A program made the position numbers and the translations under genes. A DNA stretch of 62,269 nt, the filler included, from Gemmatimonadota bacterium (GTDB lineage: Bacteria; 4572-55; J002), in the NCBI GenBank assembly GCA_003697105.1. It is 5 parts of 5 records of this genome, joined end to end, with 100 filler letters (N's around TTAATTAATTAA, not from the genome) between each part and the next. Parts side by side here need not be neighbours in the genome. Positions count along the whole stretch, not along the records: positions 8,361 to 38,555 come from RFFQ01000044.1; 4 more parts are not named here. One strand, written 5' to 3'. Each line of letters starts with the position of its first letter. Positions within the stretch are counted from its first letter, which is position 1. Below, one piece after another: positions 8,620-20,004 of this stretch. The notes beneath the pieces are model-generated. The model searched no databases. It was not told the origin of the DNA and worked only from the letters and a program-made list of their open reading frames with translations.

Positions 8620-9468
8620 ATGATCCGTAACTTGTTTATTTTATGGATGGTATTTCCCACCCTAATCTGGGCGTACTCGTTCAACCCACCCAACGGACGC
8701 ACTGGCGCACCGGGGCAAGAAACCTGCAATGCTCCGTATTGCCACAACTCCTACGAACTCAACGAAGGCGACGGCATGATCGAGTTTGTTGGTCCTGACG
8801 AGTTTAATCCCGAAGAGACCTACACGATCACCATCCGCGTTTCGGACCCGGGACAATCGCGCTGGGGCTTTCAGGTCACACCGTTAGATTTGGGTTCGAT
8901 TGAGCTAATCGATACGGAATACACCCGATTGGAGGATGATGGCGGCGATCTGTACGTGGAACACACGGCGGCGGGTACCTACAATGGCACGCCGGATGGT
9001 CCTGTGGAATGGTCGTTTGATTGGACAGCTCCCACCGAAGATGAAGCGCCCATTGATGTCACCTTTTATGTGGCGGCCAACGCCGCCAATGCCAACGGAC
9101 AACCCTCTGGCGATTATATCTATACCCAGCATTTTGTCGTTGATCTCTCTAATACAGGGATTGAAGATGAATTCAACCCTGCCGTGCCGGCAACGCCATT
9201 GAAACTTTCAAATTATCCCAACCCGTTTAATCCCCGTACCACGATTCGCTATGCAATTCCCACACATGATCACGTGACACTCGGGATTTACAATATCACT
9301 GGGCAGTTGGTTCGGATAGTAGTCGATCAGCCCCAAGCCCCCGGTGAGTACTCAATTTTGTGGGATGGTACGGATGATCGTGGGCAGAGTGTCGAAAGTG
9401 GGCTTTATTTGTACCGTCTGGAAACAAATACCCAATCGGTTGCACGCACGATGGTGCTACTACGATAA
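8620..9468 (+). CDS. Secreted Reeler-like (choice-of-anchor V) protein with FlgD-Ig/T9SS-like C-terminal domain
   Basis: Signal peptide; GRTGAPGQETCNAPYCH; WSFDWTAP; ANAANANGQPSGD; NYPNPFNP...WDGTDDRGQSVESGLY...MVLLR. Confidence 0.8.
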   Translation: MIRNLFILWMVFPTLIWAYSFNPPNGRTGAPGQETCNAPYCHNSYELNEGDGMIEFVGPDEFNPEETYTITIRVSDPGQSRWGFQVTPLDLGSIELIDTEYTRLEDDGGDLYVEHTAAGTYNGTPDGPVEWSFDWTAPTEDEAPIDVTFYVAANAANANGQPSGDYIYTQHFVVDLSNTGIEDEFNPAVPATPLKLSNYPNPFNPRTTIRYAIPTHDHVTLGIYNITGQLVRIVVDQPQAPGEYSILWDGTDDRGQSVESGLYLYRLETNTQSVARTMVLLR

Positions 9469-9496
9469 ACCGGATCGTCTTCGTGTACTCGTAAGC

Positions 9497-9539
9497 ATAA
9501 AAAAGACCCGAAGTTGGTAGAACTTCGGGTCTTTTTTAT
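9497..9539. terminator. Bidirectional intrinsic terminator
   Basis: ATAAAAAAGACCCGAAGTT-ggtag-AACTTCGGGTCTTTTTTAT between convergent genes. Confidence 0.9.
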
Positions 9540-9558
9540 AACGTCGTTGTGTTTTGTA

Positions 9559-11043
9559 TCAACCGGTAATAAACTGAAGTGAGAGCTTCGTCCAGTTGGC
9601 AAGGGGTGTCCAGTAAATACCCAGTAAAATAACGAAAGCTGCGAGAACGCCCAACATCACGGTGTGGAACGTTGGTACCGCAATTGTGGAGTCGTCATCT
9701 CCTTTATCAAGATACATGGCGCGGATAATGCGAACATAATAAAAAAGAGAAATGACACTATTGAGGATGGCAACAAAAACCAGCCAATACAGCTCCTGAT
9801 GAATCGCCGCCGCAAACAGATACACTTTACCGATAAAGCCCCCAAACGGCGGCAATCCGGTGAGCGAGAGCAAAAAGACGGTCATGGTTGCCGAGACAAG
9901 CGGCATTCGCCACCCCAACCCGCGATAATCCTCAATAGATTCCGATTGGGTGATGTTGTACACCACAATCACTACCAAAAAGGCGCCGATGTTCATCAGG
10001 TAGTAAATAACCAAATAAAATAGAATGGCTTGGATACCTTCTGTCGTGAGTAAGACCATTCCCATTAACATATAACCGGCATGCCCGATGCTGGAATATG
10101 CCAATAACCGCTTGACGTTTTGCTGAGGAACGGCTGCTAAATTCCCCACGGTCATCGTGGCGGCAGAAATAATGGCAAACAAGGACATCCAATCAAATGC
10201 GGGTAAATTCATCCAAAAGGCATCATTATTTGGTGTGGCAAATACCACGTAGAAGAACCGGATAAAGACGGCAAATCCCGCGGCTTTGGGTCCGATGGAG
10301 AAAAAGGCCGTAATAGGGGTTGATGAACCTTCATAGACATCCGGTAGCCAGACATGGAACGGTACCATCGCAATTTTGTATCCAAAACCAGCGGTGGTCA
10401 ATATACCGGCAATCATCAGCGGTAATGAGGGGACTGAATCCGCCATCAACCGGTTCCCGATCTGGAAAATATCGGTTTGACCGGTTAAGCCGTAAAGCCA
10501 TGATAGACCGAATAGCATGGCACCGGAGGACGCCGCCCCAAAAACAACATATTTCAGACCTGCTTCGGAGGCTTTGGCATTGTGCTTGGAGAACGCCGCC
10601 AGTATGTAGGAGGGCATACTGACCATCTCTAAGGCTAAATAGATCATCACCATATCCGTGGCGGTGGCTAAAAACATCATCCCGACGGTGGTGAAGAGGA
10701 CCATGGCGGAATATTCGCCAAAACCGGTACGCTCAAGGTCTTGATAACGGTAAGAGATAAGCATGGTTAATAGTGCCGCGGCAATAGCAAGCACCCGGAA
10801 GAAATGACCAAACGCATCGAACGCCATCATTCCGTAAAATAAGCGGGCGGATTCCGCATCCTTCCCACTTAATAGCACACCACCTGCTATGACCAAGCCC
10901 GCCACCGTTGACCAAAAGACCAGAGGAGTTTTGGCTTTGAAAATATCCAAACCGACAACGATAATCGCGAACAAAATCACTATAAATTCAGGCAGGCAGT
11001 AGGCTAAACTTTCAATATTTGATAATATGATCGTATCATTCAT
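9559..11043 (-). CDS. nuoN: NADH-quinone oxidoreductase subunit N
   Basis: EAGLKY, FHVWLPDVYEG, KRLLAYSSIGHAG; operon position. Confidence 0.95.
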   Translation of the reverse strand: MNDTIILSNIESLAYCLPEFIVILFAIIVVGLDIFKAKTPLVFWSTVAGLVIAGGVLLSGKDAESARLFYGMMAFDAFGHFFRVLAIAAALLTMLISYRYQDLERTGFGEYSAMVLFTTVGMMFLATATDMVMIYLALEMVSMPSYILAAFSKHNAKASEAGLKYVVFGAASSGAMLFGLSWLYGLTGQTDIFQIGNRLMADSVPSLPLMIAGILTTAGFGYKIAMVPFHVWLPDVYEGSSTPITAFFSIGPKAAGFAVFIRFFYVVFATPNNDAFWMNLPAFDWMSLFAIISAATMTVGNLAAVPQQNVKRLLAYSSIGHAGYMLMGMVLLTTEGIQAILFYLVIYYLMNIGAFLVVIVVYNITQSESIEDYRGLGWRMPLVSATMTVFLLSLTGLPPFGGFIGKVYLFAAAIHQELYWLVFVAILNSVISLFYYVRIIRAMYLDKGDDDSTIAVPTFHTVMLGVLAAFVILLGIYWTPLANWTKLSLQFITG

Positions 11044-11065
11044 AAGATTAATCCGATTTCAGAGA

Positions 11066-12610
11066 TTAATGTCCGAGTAACGGTTGGAAAATAGTCAGTA
11101 ACTGGGTTACGGAGCTTGACATCAAGTTTAGGACCGGCATGGGATAAACACCGAGAACCAGTACGATCACCGCCAAGGGGGCTAATGTGAAGATTTCACG
11201 ACCGTTGATTTCCACAAGCTCACTTAAATGGGCGTGTTGTTCATATTTTTGTGCATCAAAGGGACCAAAGAACATCCGTTGCAAGGTCCAAAGCAGGTAT
11301 GCCGCCCCTAAAATGATGCCGGTTCCGGCTAAAATTGTATGGCTGGGATACACTTTGAAGGAGCCGATTAACACCAGTGCTTCACTAATGAAGCTACTAA
11401 GTCCCGGTAAACCGAGTCCGGCAAAAAAGGCAAAGCTTGTCCAAACGGTGTAAAGGGGTAGCCGGTTTGCCAATCCGCCAAATTTATCAATATCCCGGTG
11501 GTGCGCCCGGTCATAAATGACACCCACCACGATAAACAGCATCGCTGTGATCGTTCCATGATTGAACATTTGGAACAGTGCTCCGTTAATGCCTTGCGGG
11601 GTAAAGGCAGCCATTCCCAACATCACAAAGCCCATGTGACTGATACTGGAATAGGCAATGAGCTTTTTCATATCGTTTTGCGCCATCGCGCACAGGGCGC
11701 CATAAATGATGTTGATCACACCTAACAGGGCTAAAAAGCCGGAAAACCACACGGAAGCATCCGGTAACATGGGATAGCTGATGCGGATAATGCCGTAAGT
11801 CCCCATCTTCAACAGAACGCCCGCCAGAATCACGGAGATCGCGGTCGGCGCTTCTACGTGAGCATCCGGTAACCAAGTATGGAACGGGAATACCGGTACT
11901 TTAATGGCAAACCCGATAAACAATAGGATGAACATCAGTTTATCAAATGGTAATACCATGCCGAATAAGTGAATCGTGGCGTGGTTGAAGGTGGTTGCCG
12001 CAGACATTAACGAAATCATGTTGAATGTATGTAATCCGCTGGTATAATATAAGCCAAGCATGGCAACGAGCATCAACACACTGCCTAATAACGTGTATAA
12101 AAAGAACTTGATCGCGGCGTAAATTCGGCGAGGTCCGCCCCAAATGCCAATTAGGAAATACATTGGCAAAAGCATAACTTCCCAAAAAATGTAGAATAGG
12201 AAAAAGTCCAAGGCAACAAAAACGCCCATCATACCGGTATCCAAGAGCAAGAACATGGCGAGATAGCCCCGAAGACCTTTTTCGATATTCCACGAGACAA
12301 AAATACACAAAAAGGAAAGTAACGCCGTGAGCAACACCATAGGCGTACTCAACCCGTCAATGCCCAGATAGTATTGGATATTAAAGGCAGTAATCCAGTT
12401 CATCTGTTCAACAAATTGGAACGAACCGGCATCATTGACGCCACCAGCGGTATAATCATAATGAACATAGATATATATTGCCATTAGCACTTGTAAAAAG
12501 GTCACGCCGGCGGCACTCCATTTCATGATCGCTTTTTTATCAGCCGGCGTAAATAAGATCAGCAGAATGCCCAGCAATGGTATAAATGTAATCAAGCTTA
12601 AAATACCCAT
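11066..12610 (-). CDS. nuoM: NADH-quinone oxidoreductase subunit M
   Basis: FWEVMLLPMY, FHTWLPDAHVEAPT, LLKMGTYG. Confidence 0.95.
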   Translation of the reverse strand: MGILSLITFIPLLGILLILFTPADKKAIMKWSAAGVTFLQVLMAIYIYVHYDYTAGGVNDAGSFQFVEQMNWITAFNIQYYLGIDGLSTPMVLLTALLSFLCIFVSWNIEKGLRGYLAMFLLLDTGMMGVFVALDFFLFYIFWEVMLLPMYFLIGIWGGPRRIYAAIKFFLYTLLGSVLMLVAMLGLYYTSGLHTFNMISLMSAATTFNHATIHLFGMVLPFDKLMFILLFIGFAIKVPVFPFHTWLPDAHVEAPTAISVILAGVLLKMGTYGIIRISYPMLPDASVWFSGFLALLGVINIIYGALCAMAQNDMKKLIAYSSISHMGFVMLGMAAFTPQGINGALFQMFNHGTITAMLFIVVGVIYDRAHHRDIDKFGGLANRLPLYTVWTSFAFFAGLGLPGLSSFISEALVLIGSFKVYPSHTILAGTGIILGAAYLLWTLQRMFFGPFDAQKYEQHAHLSELVEINGREIFTLAPLAVIVLVLGVYPMPVLNLMSSSVTQLLTIFQPLLGH

Positions 12611-12709
12611 AAATCGCTCCCGACATCCCTTGGATGTCTGCCTCCTTCTACCGGATAAGTGATGAGGTTAGTTGTCTTTCGGTTAATTTCGATGTGAACA
12701 TGGTCTGCC

Positions 12710-14866
12710 TTAGTTCAATTGAATAAAAATGAGGACCAACAGACCTACAAACAAGAGGTACACATAATTTTCAACGAAGCCGGACTGCAACTTCCGCACC
12801 CGGCCGCCCATCAGTTGGACGGCATTTGCGACTCCATTGACGACACCATCCACAACATAGGTATCAAATTTTCCTTCCAGCCACGAAATGTAACGCACTA
12901 TGGTTGCTACCCCATTGACAATCCCATCAATAATTTTGAGGTCAAAGGTTGCCAATGCTTTGCTCAAGCGGATAGCACCGCCAATGACCGTTGCGCCATA
13001 AATTTCATCCACCCAATATTTATTATATAACGTTTTATAGATGAAGCGGAACTTGGCAGAAATAGCCGCCGGTAAATCCGTCTTTTTCAGGTACATCAGA
13101 TATGCCAGCCCGATTCCGGCAAGAGCTATGAGAACGGAAAGTCCCATCAAAATATACTCCATCGGGTCATGGTGATGGGCGTCACTTTTATGCACCGGTG
13201 TTGTGGTGACGTGTTCTGCCATTGCCGGTTTTTTATGTTCTATTCCCTCCCCATGAACGTTACCTGCAGTGAGTTCGGTAAGGGGTGTTTCATGCCCAAT
13301 AAGGCTCGTATGGGGGGAATGGAAGACCGGTTCTAAAAAGTGCTCGATATGATTTCCACCGCCGAGCGCGGCCGGTATGCCCACATACCCGCCTACAATC
13401 GCTAAGAATGCCAGTACGATCAACGGGATGGTCAAGGTGTTTAAATGTTCGGGGTGGATGTGCTTTTGAGCATGTTCAGTCAAGCGACTGTTGCCAAAAA
13501 AGGTCAAAAAGACCAAGCGCCACATGTAAAAGGCAGTCATTCCGGCGGCGATTGCCCCAATCAGCCACAGTAACCAGTGTCCGTGGGGTGAGCTATAGGC
13601 TTTCCAGAGAATTTCATCTTTACTAAAAAAGCCGGAGAAGCCGGGAATGCCGGAAATCGCGAGGGTGGCAATGACAAATGTCCATGTGGTATAGGGCATG
13701 TGTCGGCGCAAATTGCCCATGCGGCGAATATCTTGTTCACCATCTAAGGCATGAATGACTGCCCCCGAACCCAAAAACAGACATGCCTTAAAAAAAGCGT
13801 GAGTCATCAGGTGGAAGATACCGGCGCTATAGGCGGCAACACCCATCCCCAAAAACATATAACCCAACTGGCTGACTGTGGAATACGCCAATACCTTTTT
13901 AATATCATTTTGTACCAGACCAATACTGGCGGCAAATATTGCCGTGATCGCCCCGACACTGGCAACTACCGCTAACGTGGCCGGCGCAAGCGTGTAAAGG
14001 AAGTTTAGACGCCCGATCATGTAAACCCCAGCCGTCACCATCGTCGCGGCGTGAATCAAGGCACTGACCGGTGTGGGACCTGCCATCGCATCTGGTAACC
14101 ACACGTAAAGTGGAATTTGGGCGGATTTACCCGTTGCTCCAATGAAAAAAAAGAGCGTGATTAAGGTGACAACCGGTAATCCCCAAAATTTCATACCGTC
14201 TAGTAGATGGGCATATTGACCTAACTCATAAAAATCAACCGTCCAGATGCCCACGTTCCCCAGTGACCAGAACAACAGCATAATTCCGGCTAAAAAGCCC
14301 AAATCCCCAATGCGGTTGGTGATAAATGCCTTCATCCCTGCTTTGGCTTTAGCCGTATCATCAAACCAGAACCCGATCAGCAAATAAGAACACAAGCCAA
14401 CGCCTTCCCAGCCGATGAACATCAAGAAGAGGTTACTGCCCAATACTAGGGTCAGCATGGAAAACATAAACAAATTCAGATAGGTAAAATAACGGTAATA
14501 GCTGGTATCGTGAGCCATATACCCAATTGAAAAGATATGAATCAGGAAGCCTACACCGGTCACGATCAGGATCATTAATGATGAAAGCGGATCGACCAAA
14601 AATGACACATCCGCGATTAAATCACCCACACGAAACCACGTGTACAAATAGGTGATATAATGCCGGCTCGCCGGTTCGAGTGATAACATATAAAAGAAGT
14701 TCCAACTGGCGAGAATGAAGGATAGACCGACCGTACCGCATGCCAACAGATGAATCGGGGTTTTACCGAAGGTAGTTTGCACCTTCTTCCCGAAAAAGCC
14801 GTTGATTGCGGCGCCAAGAAGCGGCAAAATCGGAATCAGCCAGATAATATCCCGTATGAAAGCCAT
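12710..14866 (-). CDS. nuoL: NADH-quinone oxidoreductase subunit L
   Basis: WEGVGLCSYLLIGF, KSAQIPLYVWLPDAMAGPTPVSALIHAATMV. Start re-called at MAFIR after RBS GGAG. Confidence 0.95.
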   Translation of the reverse strand: MAFIRDIIWLIPILPLLGAAINGFFGKKVQTTFGKTPIHLLACGTVGLSFILASWNFFYMLSLEPASRHYITYLYTWFRVGDLIADVSFLVDPLSSLMILIVTGVGFLIHIFSIGYMAHDTSYYRYFTYLNLFMFSMLTLVLGSNLFLMFIGWEGVGLCSYLLIGFWFDDTAKAKAGMKAFITNRIGDLGFLAGIMLLFWSLGNVGIWTVDFYELGQYAHLLDGMKFWGLPVVTLITLFFFIGATGKSAQIPLYVWLPDAMAGPTPVSALIHAATMVTAGVYMIGRLNFLYTLAPATLAVVASVGAITAIFAASIGLVQNDIKKVLAYSTVSQLGYMFLGMGVAAYSAGIFHLMTHAFFKACLFLGSGAVIHALDGEQDIRRMGNLRRHMPYTTWTFVIATLAISGIPGFSGFFSKDEILWKAYSSPHGHWLLWLIGAIAAGMTAFYMWRLVFLTFFGNSRLTEHAQKHIHPEHLNTLTIPLIVLAFLAIVGGYVGIPAALGGGNHIEHFLEPVFHSPHTSLIGHETPLTELTAGNVHGEGIEHKKPAMAEHVTTTPVHKSDAHHHDPMEYILMGLSVLIALAGIGLAYLMYLKKTDLPAAISAKFRFIYKTLYNKYWVDEIYGATVIGGAIRLSKALATFDLKIIDGIVNGVATIVRYISWLEGKFDTYVVDGVVNGVANAVQLMGGRVRKLQSGFVENYVYLLFVGLLVLIFIQLN

Positions 14867-14990
14867 TGATAATCTCCCAAAACGGTATTGAGGTGGGGGT
14901 ATCCCCCTCAACAACATCCGTATAATAGATTATGAGTATATATTAATATGTGTCCCCCGCCACGGCGGGACGGCGATACTGTATGTTGGG

Positions 14991-15296
14991 TTAATCTTTT
15001 AGTTGGGTTAGTCGATCCACTTCAATGGTGTGGATATTCTGATAAATGCCCAACACAATCGCTAACGCGATCACGGCTTCTGCGGCGGCTAACACAATGA
15101 TGAACACCGCAAAAACTTGACCCGAACCGCCAACATAATGGGCAAACGCCACAAAATTAACGGCGGCGGCATTGAGCATCAATTCCACCCCCATTAAAAT
15201 GGCGACGGCGTTTTTACGGGTGACCATTGCCATCACACCACAGACAAATAATGCGGAACTAACCACTAAATAATGCGTAAGTCCGATGGTCATCAT
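14991..15296 (-). CDS. nuoK: NADH-quinone oxidoreductase subunit K
   Basis: MGVELMLNA, AAAEAVIALA. Confidence 0.95.
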   Translation of the reverse strand: MMTIGLTHYLVVSSALFVCGVMAMVTRKNAVAILMGVELMLNAAAVNFVAFAHYVGGSGQVFAVFIIVLAAAEAVIALAIVLGIYQNIHTIEVDRLTQLKD

Positions 15297-15298
15297 CG

Positions 15299-15796
15299 TT
15301 AATCTTCCTTAATTTCTTTCCGGGCTAATTTCGTCGCGCCAACCAGCACCGCTAATAATGCCACTGATGCGACTTCAAACGGCAGTAAGTATGTTGTTAA
15401 TAAGGAATCTCCGAGCATCGTGATCGAGGGTTCATACACCACCTCGCCAGAAGTTGCCCATTTGGTTTTTAGTACTGCTGATGCTAGAACGTAAAATAGA
15501 AATATGCCCACCAGTACTCCGCCGGTACGGTTCATTACTGGATTGGAGTGTTTCGCGTCGGCTAAATGGGTGGTCAACATGATGGCAAACAGGATCAGCA
15601 CTAAAATTCCACCAATGTAAACCAATACTTGGGTAACGGCGATAAAATCTGCCGCCAATTGGATGTAAAGCCCTGCCACACCAAAAAAGGTGATCATTAG
15701 CGCAAAACCGGCACGTACCAAATTTCGAGTGAGTACGACATATCCGGCGGAGGCAATGATTAAGAGGGTCATGAGATAAAACGTAAAGGCAAACAC
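15299..15796 (-). CDS. nuoJ: NADH-quinone oxidoreductase subunit J
   Basis: QVLVYIGGILVLILFAIML, YLLPFE. Confidence 0.93.
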   Translation of the reverse strand: MFAFTFYLMTLLIIASAGYVVLTRNLVRAGFALMITFFGVAGLYIQLAADFIAVTQVLVYIGGILVLILFAIMLTTHLADAKHSNPVMNRTGGVLVGIFLFYVLASAVLKTKWATSGEVVYEPSITMLGDSLLTTYLLPFEVASVALLAVLVGATKLARKEIKED

Positions 15797-15809
15797 ACTT
15801 CTCTCCTTT

Positions 15810-16403
15810 TTATTCTGGGTCCGGAGGGGACTTTTTTTCGGCGGCTTTTGCTGCCGCTCTTGCCGCCGCTTCCGCCGCTTTTCGCTCTTCTGCCCGTTTG
15901 ATGACTTCCGGTTCTTCGGCTTTTAGACGCTCGCTTTCTTCTGGGGGGACAAACCGCAGAATCAGATTATTCAAATTATCCGTTGACATCTCAAATTTGG
16001 GTGTATGTTTTATGGCAGAGGTGGAACAGGCTTCCGTACACAATCCACAGTACATACATTTGGCGATGTTGATGTTAAACACTGCCGGGCTTTTAATTTT
16101 GGCGACTTTCCGCCCCGTTTCTGGAACGATGATATAGGTTTTATCGACTTTGACTTCATCAATGTGAATGCAGTCAATGGGGCAGGCACGCTGGCACGCC
16201 GTACACGCGGTACACAGGTTGATGTCGAGGTCTAAAATACCGCGATACCGGGCGGGTAACATCTCCTGCACCGGTTTTTCGACCCGATCCGGATATTGAA
16301 TCGTCACCGGTTTTCGCAATAGATGCGAGAACGTGATTGACATCCCCTCAAAAATGGAGGTGGTCGCCGTAACGATATTGTTAAAATAGTGATTCAATGC
16401 CAT
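15810..16403 (-). CDS. nuoI: NADH-quinone oxidoreductase subunit I (2x[4Fe-4S])
   Basis: VTIQYP, CTACTACQRACP, CMYCGLCTEAC. Confidence 0.93.
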   Translation of the reverse strand: MALNHYFNNIVTATTSIFEGMSITFSHLLRKPVTIQYPDRVEKPVQEMLPARYRGILDLDINLCTACTACQRACPIDCIHIDEVKVDKTYIIVPETGRKVAKIKSPAVFNINIAKCMYCGLCTEACSTSAIKHTPKFEMSTDNLNNLILRFVPPEESERLKAEEPEVIKRAEERKAAEAAARAAAKAAEKKSPPDPE

Positions 16404-16428
16404 GATTTCACTCCTTGTGGCATACGGC

Positions 16429-17616
16429 TTAAATTAATGGATTTACATGAATTTCGACGTGCGCTTGTTTCAGGTTATAGATGACTCTGCGGATGAATAT
16501 CCCTAAAATGAGTACCCCCAAAAGCGTCATGAGATAGGACATCGGGGCAAATCCATTCGGGAATACCAGCATCCAAATTGCCACCCCAAATAGATTGACA
16601 AACGAAAACGGTACTAAATATTTCCAGCAGACATTCATCAGTTGGTCCACCCGCACGCGCGGTAATGTCCATCGTAATTGAATTGTGATAAAGATGATCA
16701 CGGACGTTTTAGCGGTAAAGATGAGCAATTCGATGAGGTGGGTCAAAAGCGCATTATCAAAATGAAATGGCGATTGCCAGCCGCCTAAAAACATAATGGT
16801 CATAATGGCGCCCATCACCCATAAATTGCCCCATTCCGCGAAGAAAAAGAGCAAAAAGCGCATACCGCTGTACTCTGTGTTGTACCCAGAAACCAATTCG
16901 GATTCCGCTTCGGGAATATCAAACGGGGCGCGGTTTCCTTCTGCTAATAGCGTGATGTAAAAAATGAAGAAGGCAATAAAGGTGAAGGGGTTATGGAAGA
17001 TGAACCAATCCCACGGCGCCCAGCCTTGAGCCTGGATGATACCTTGAGTACTGAGCGTTCCGGCAAGAAAAATGATCGGCAAGGCGGCTAATCCTTCCGG
17101 GATTTCGTAACTGACGATTTGGGCGGCAGAACGCATCCCGCCAAATAGCGACCATTTGTTATTCGATGCCCAACCCGCCATCAGGATACCTACCACCACA
17201 AAGGAGGTAACTGCAAAAATATAAATCAGCCCCACATTTAGATCAGAGATGATCAGGGCACTGCTGAACGGTAAGACGACGAAAGAGGCAAAAAAACCGG
17301 CAAACACAATATACGGTGCAAATCTGAACAACGCCCGGTCTGCTTGTGCCGGGATGATGTCTTCCTTTTGAAACGTTTTGATCCCATCTGCCAGCCATTG
17401 TAAAAAGCCGTGCGGTCCAACACGATTGGGCCCAATGCGGGACATCATTCGTCCGGCAATCCGGCGCTCCACATAACTGGTAATACCGGCAAAAAGGGAG
17501 GCAAAGGTGAGCACGATTCCTGCAAAAATGAGCATTCCAACCAAATAAACCCATTCGTCGGGCAGGCTTTTTAGCAGTTCATGGCGTTGTATTAAGCTGG
17601 ATAAAAACTCGTACAT
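16429..17616 (-). CDS. nuoH: NADH-quinone oxidoreductase subunit H
   Basis: [33 protein letters not shown]. Confidence 0.95.
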   Translation of the reverse strand: MYEFLSSLIQRHELLKSLPDEWVYLVGMLIFAGIVLTFASLFAGITSYVERRIAGRMMSRIGPNRVGPHGFLQWLADGIKTFQKEDIIPAQADRALFRFAPYIVFAGFFASFVVLPFSSALIISDLNVGLIYIFAVTSFVVVGILMAGWASNNKWSLFGGMRSAAQIVSYEIPEGLAALPIIFLAGTLSTQGIIQAQGWAPWDWFIFHNPFTFIAFFIFYITLLAEGNRAPFDIPEAESELVSGYNTEYSGMRFLLFFFAEWGNLWVMGAIMTIMFLGGWQSPFHFDNALLTHLIELLIFTAKTSVIIFITIQLRWTLPRVRVDQLMNVCWKYLVPFSFVNLFGVAIWMLVFPNGFAPMSYLMTLLGVLILGIFIRRVIYNLKQAHVEIHVNPLI

Positions 17617-17713
17617 ACAAACCTCATCTGATAGTTAGCGATTCAACATCGATGGCGGGGTATGGCAACGGGATAATTCGGGTATCCCGTGCCGGTCAAT
17701 ATCCCTCTGTGAA

Positions 17714-18832
17714 TTACCGGTCTACTTCCGGTGCAACCACATCCAAACTGGCGATTAAGGCGACCATATCGGCGATCATCATCCCTGGGGCAACATGTTC
17801 GATAATCGTCAGGGAGGCAAAAGACCCCGTTCGGATTTTCAGCCGGTAGGGCATATTTGAGCCATCGCTGATCAAGTAAATGCCCATTTCCCCGCGCGTG
17901 GATTCCGAGCGCACATACACATCGCCCGGCGGCGGTTTAATTACCGCGCCGACTTTTGCTTGAATGTCGCCCTCCGGTAGTTGTTCCAATGCCTGCCGTA
18001 CAATCCGGCAACTTTCGATCATCTCTAGCACCCGCACCCAGAACCGTTCAAAACAATCGCCAATGGTGCCCAATTTGCCTTCTCCCACAATCACTTTAAA
18101 TTCAAAATCCGGATACGCGGCGTAGGGTTCATCACGGCGCAGGTCATAATCGACTCCAGATGCCCGCAAATTGGGTCCGGTCAAGCCGTAGGAAATCGCA
18201 TCTTCAGGGGTAATGATGCCGATATTGTGCAACCGTTCGGTGTAAATCTTGTTGAACGTAATTAATCGATTGAATTCATCAACAATCGGCTCAAAATGAT
18301 TAATCCAGGCGAGGGTTTTTTCTCTCCAGCCCTCGGTTAAATCGTGGCTGACGCCCCCGATCCGGATGTAGTTGTAGGTTAAGCGTGCCCCGCACAGTTC
18401 CTCAATCAGGTCATTGACCGCTTCCCGTTCTCGCAGGGCGTGTAAAAATGGGGTGAATGCTCCAATGTCCATTGCCATGCTCCCCACGGCCACCAAGTGG
18501 CTAATGATCCGGTTGAGTTCTGCGACGATCACCCGCAGATAATTTGCTCGTGGGGGGACTTCTGTACCCAACAGCTTTTCCACGGCGAGTGCATACGCCA
18601 GATTGGCGTTCATTGCCGCCAGATAGTCCACGCGGTCGGTGTAGGGCATAAACCCGGGGTATGTTACTTGTTCCGCAATTTTTTCAATACTCCGGTGCAG
18701 ATACCCCACGTCCGGTGTGACTTTATGGATCACTTCCCCATCTGTGGTGACCACAAAGCGCAACACCCCGTGTGTACTGGGGTGGTGGGGTCCCATATTC
18801 AAAACCATTTCTTCGGTTTTTAATTGGCTCAT
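17714..18832 (-). CDS. nuoD: NADH-quinone oxidoreductase subunit D
   Basis: [29 protein letters not shown]-terminal EVDR; no Ni-binding CxxC. Confidence 0.95.
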   Translation of the reverse strand: MSQLKTEEMVLNMGPHHPSTHGVLRFVVTTDGEVIHKVTPDVGYLHRSIEKIAEQVTYPGFMPYTDRVDYLAAMNANLAYALAVEKLLGTEVPPRANYLRVIVAELNRIISHLVAVGSMAMDIGAFTPFLHALREREAVNDLIEELCGARLTYNYIRIGGVSHDLTEGWREKTLAWINHFEPIVDEFNRLITFNKIYTERLHNIGIITPEDAISYGLTGPNLRASGVDYDLRRDEPYAAYPDFEFKVIVGEGKLGTIGDCFERFWVRVLEMIESCRIVRQALEQLPEGDIQAKVGAVIKPPPGDVYVRSESTRGEMGIYLISDGSNMPYRLKIRTGSFASLTIIEHVAPGMMIADMVALIASLDVVAPEVDR

Positions 18833-19473
18833 AATTTATCTGTCCTGTTTGTTTGTAATCCGAGTTCCGTAAAGCGGCGTACTTCTTCGGTGGGTTCGGT
18901 TTGTCCGGCAAGGAGGTTCGCCGGAGCTTCTTCCCACGGGTCGCGGGTGTTATCCAAGCCGTGATAGTGGGTGGGCTTAACGTAATCTTTTCGCAATGGA
19001 TGCCCTTCCCAATCATCCGGTAGTAATAACCGGCGCAATGCCGGGTGTCCGGTAAATTGAATCCCAAAAAGATCATAAATTTCGCGTTCAAACCAATTTG
19101 CTACCGCCCATAATGAACTCACCGTTGGGATATTGGGTGCTTCGAGCGGGACATCCACCTTAAACGCCACTTTATGTTGGTGGGAGTAGGAAAACAGATG
19201 GTACACCGCCTGCAACTTTCCATCTTGGTTGTCAACACCGCTGAGACACATCAGATAGTCAAATGCAAAGTGAGGTTCGGTTTTGAGGGCGTGGCAGACC
19301 TCATAAAGATGATCCGCCATTACATAAAAATGGGGGTCAAGGTAAACCGGCTTTTTAGGGGGCTTTTTCCCTTTGGGGGCGGCAGGAACTTCTGCCATAG
19401 TGATGTCAAAATAACCATAGACACTATCGCCAAAAGTTTCTCGCAAAGCTTCATATATTTCGTGAACCGTCAT
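18829..19473 (-). CDS. nuoC: NADH-quinone oxidoreductase subunit C
   Basis: [28 protein letters not shown]. Start at ATG 19473 (GTG 19482 is an alternative). Confidence 0.93.
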   Translation of the reverse strand: MTVHEIYEALRETFGDSVYGYFDITMAEVPAAPKGKKPPKKPVYLDPHFYVMADHLYEVCHALKTEPHFAFDYLMCLSGVDNQDGKLQAVYHLFSYSHQHKVAFKVDVPLEAPNIPTVSSLWAVANWFEREIYDLFGIQFTGHPALRRLLLPDDWEGHPLRKDYVKPTHYHGLDNTRDPWEEAPANLLAGQTEPTEEVRRFTELGLQTNRTDKL

Positions 19474-19482
19474 ACGTTGCAC

Positions 19483-20004
19483 CTATTCCGATGGAGGGGT
19501 CGGGGTTTCGGGTTTCGGGGTTTCTTTTTTTGCCAGATAGGGTTCTTGCTTAACTTTTTCCTGTAATTTCATCAATCCTTCCAGCAAAGCTTCCGGGCGA
19601 GGCGGACAACCGGGCACGTAAATATCAACCGGCAAGATTTTATCAATACCGTTGAGCGTCGCATACCCCAATTGAAACAGACCGCCGGTATTGGAGCAAC
19701 TGCCCATGGAAATCACATATTTAGGTTCCGCCATTTGGTCGTATAACCGGCGAATCCGGGATGCCATTTTCAGGGTTACGGTGCCGGCAACGATGATCAG
19801 GTCGGCTTGCCGCGGGGTGGAACGGGGTACCGCTCCAAACCGGTCAAAATCAGAACGGGGACCACCGGTTTGCATCAATTCAATCGCACAACATGCCAGT
19901 CCAAACAGCAGATACCACTGGGAATTGGCACGAGTCCATGCTAGCATATCATCCAGCCGGGTGACCAGAATATTATCATCTAAAGCGTGATTAATGTTGA
20001 TCAT
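19483..20004 (-). CDS. nuoB: NADH-quinone oxidoreductase subunit B
   Basis: GLACCAIE, ISMGSC, VPGCPPRPE. ATGA overlap with the nuoA stop. Confidence 0.95.
   Translation of the reverse strand: MININHALDDNILVTRLDDMLAWTRANSQWYLLFGLACCAIELMQTGGPRSDFDRFGAVPRSTPRQADLIIVAGTVTLKMASRIRRLYDQMAEPKYVISMGSCSNTGGLFQLGYATLNGIDKILPVDIYVPGCPPRPEALLEGLMKLQEKVKQEPYLAKKETPKPETPTPPSE

Noticed and set aside
17714-20004. Group 4 [NiFe] hydrogenase
   Set aside because: The large subunit lacks both CxxC Ni motifs, and nuoA/J/K are present.
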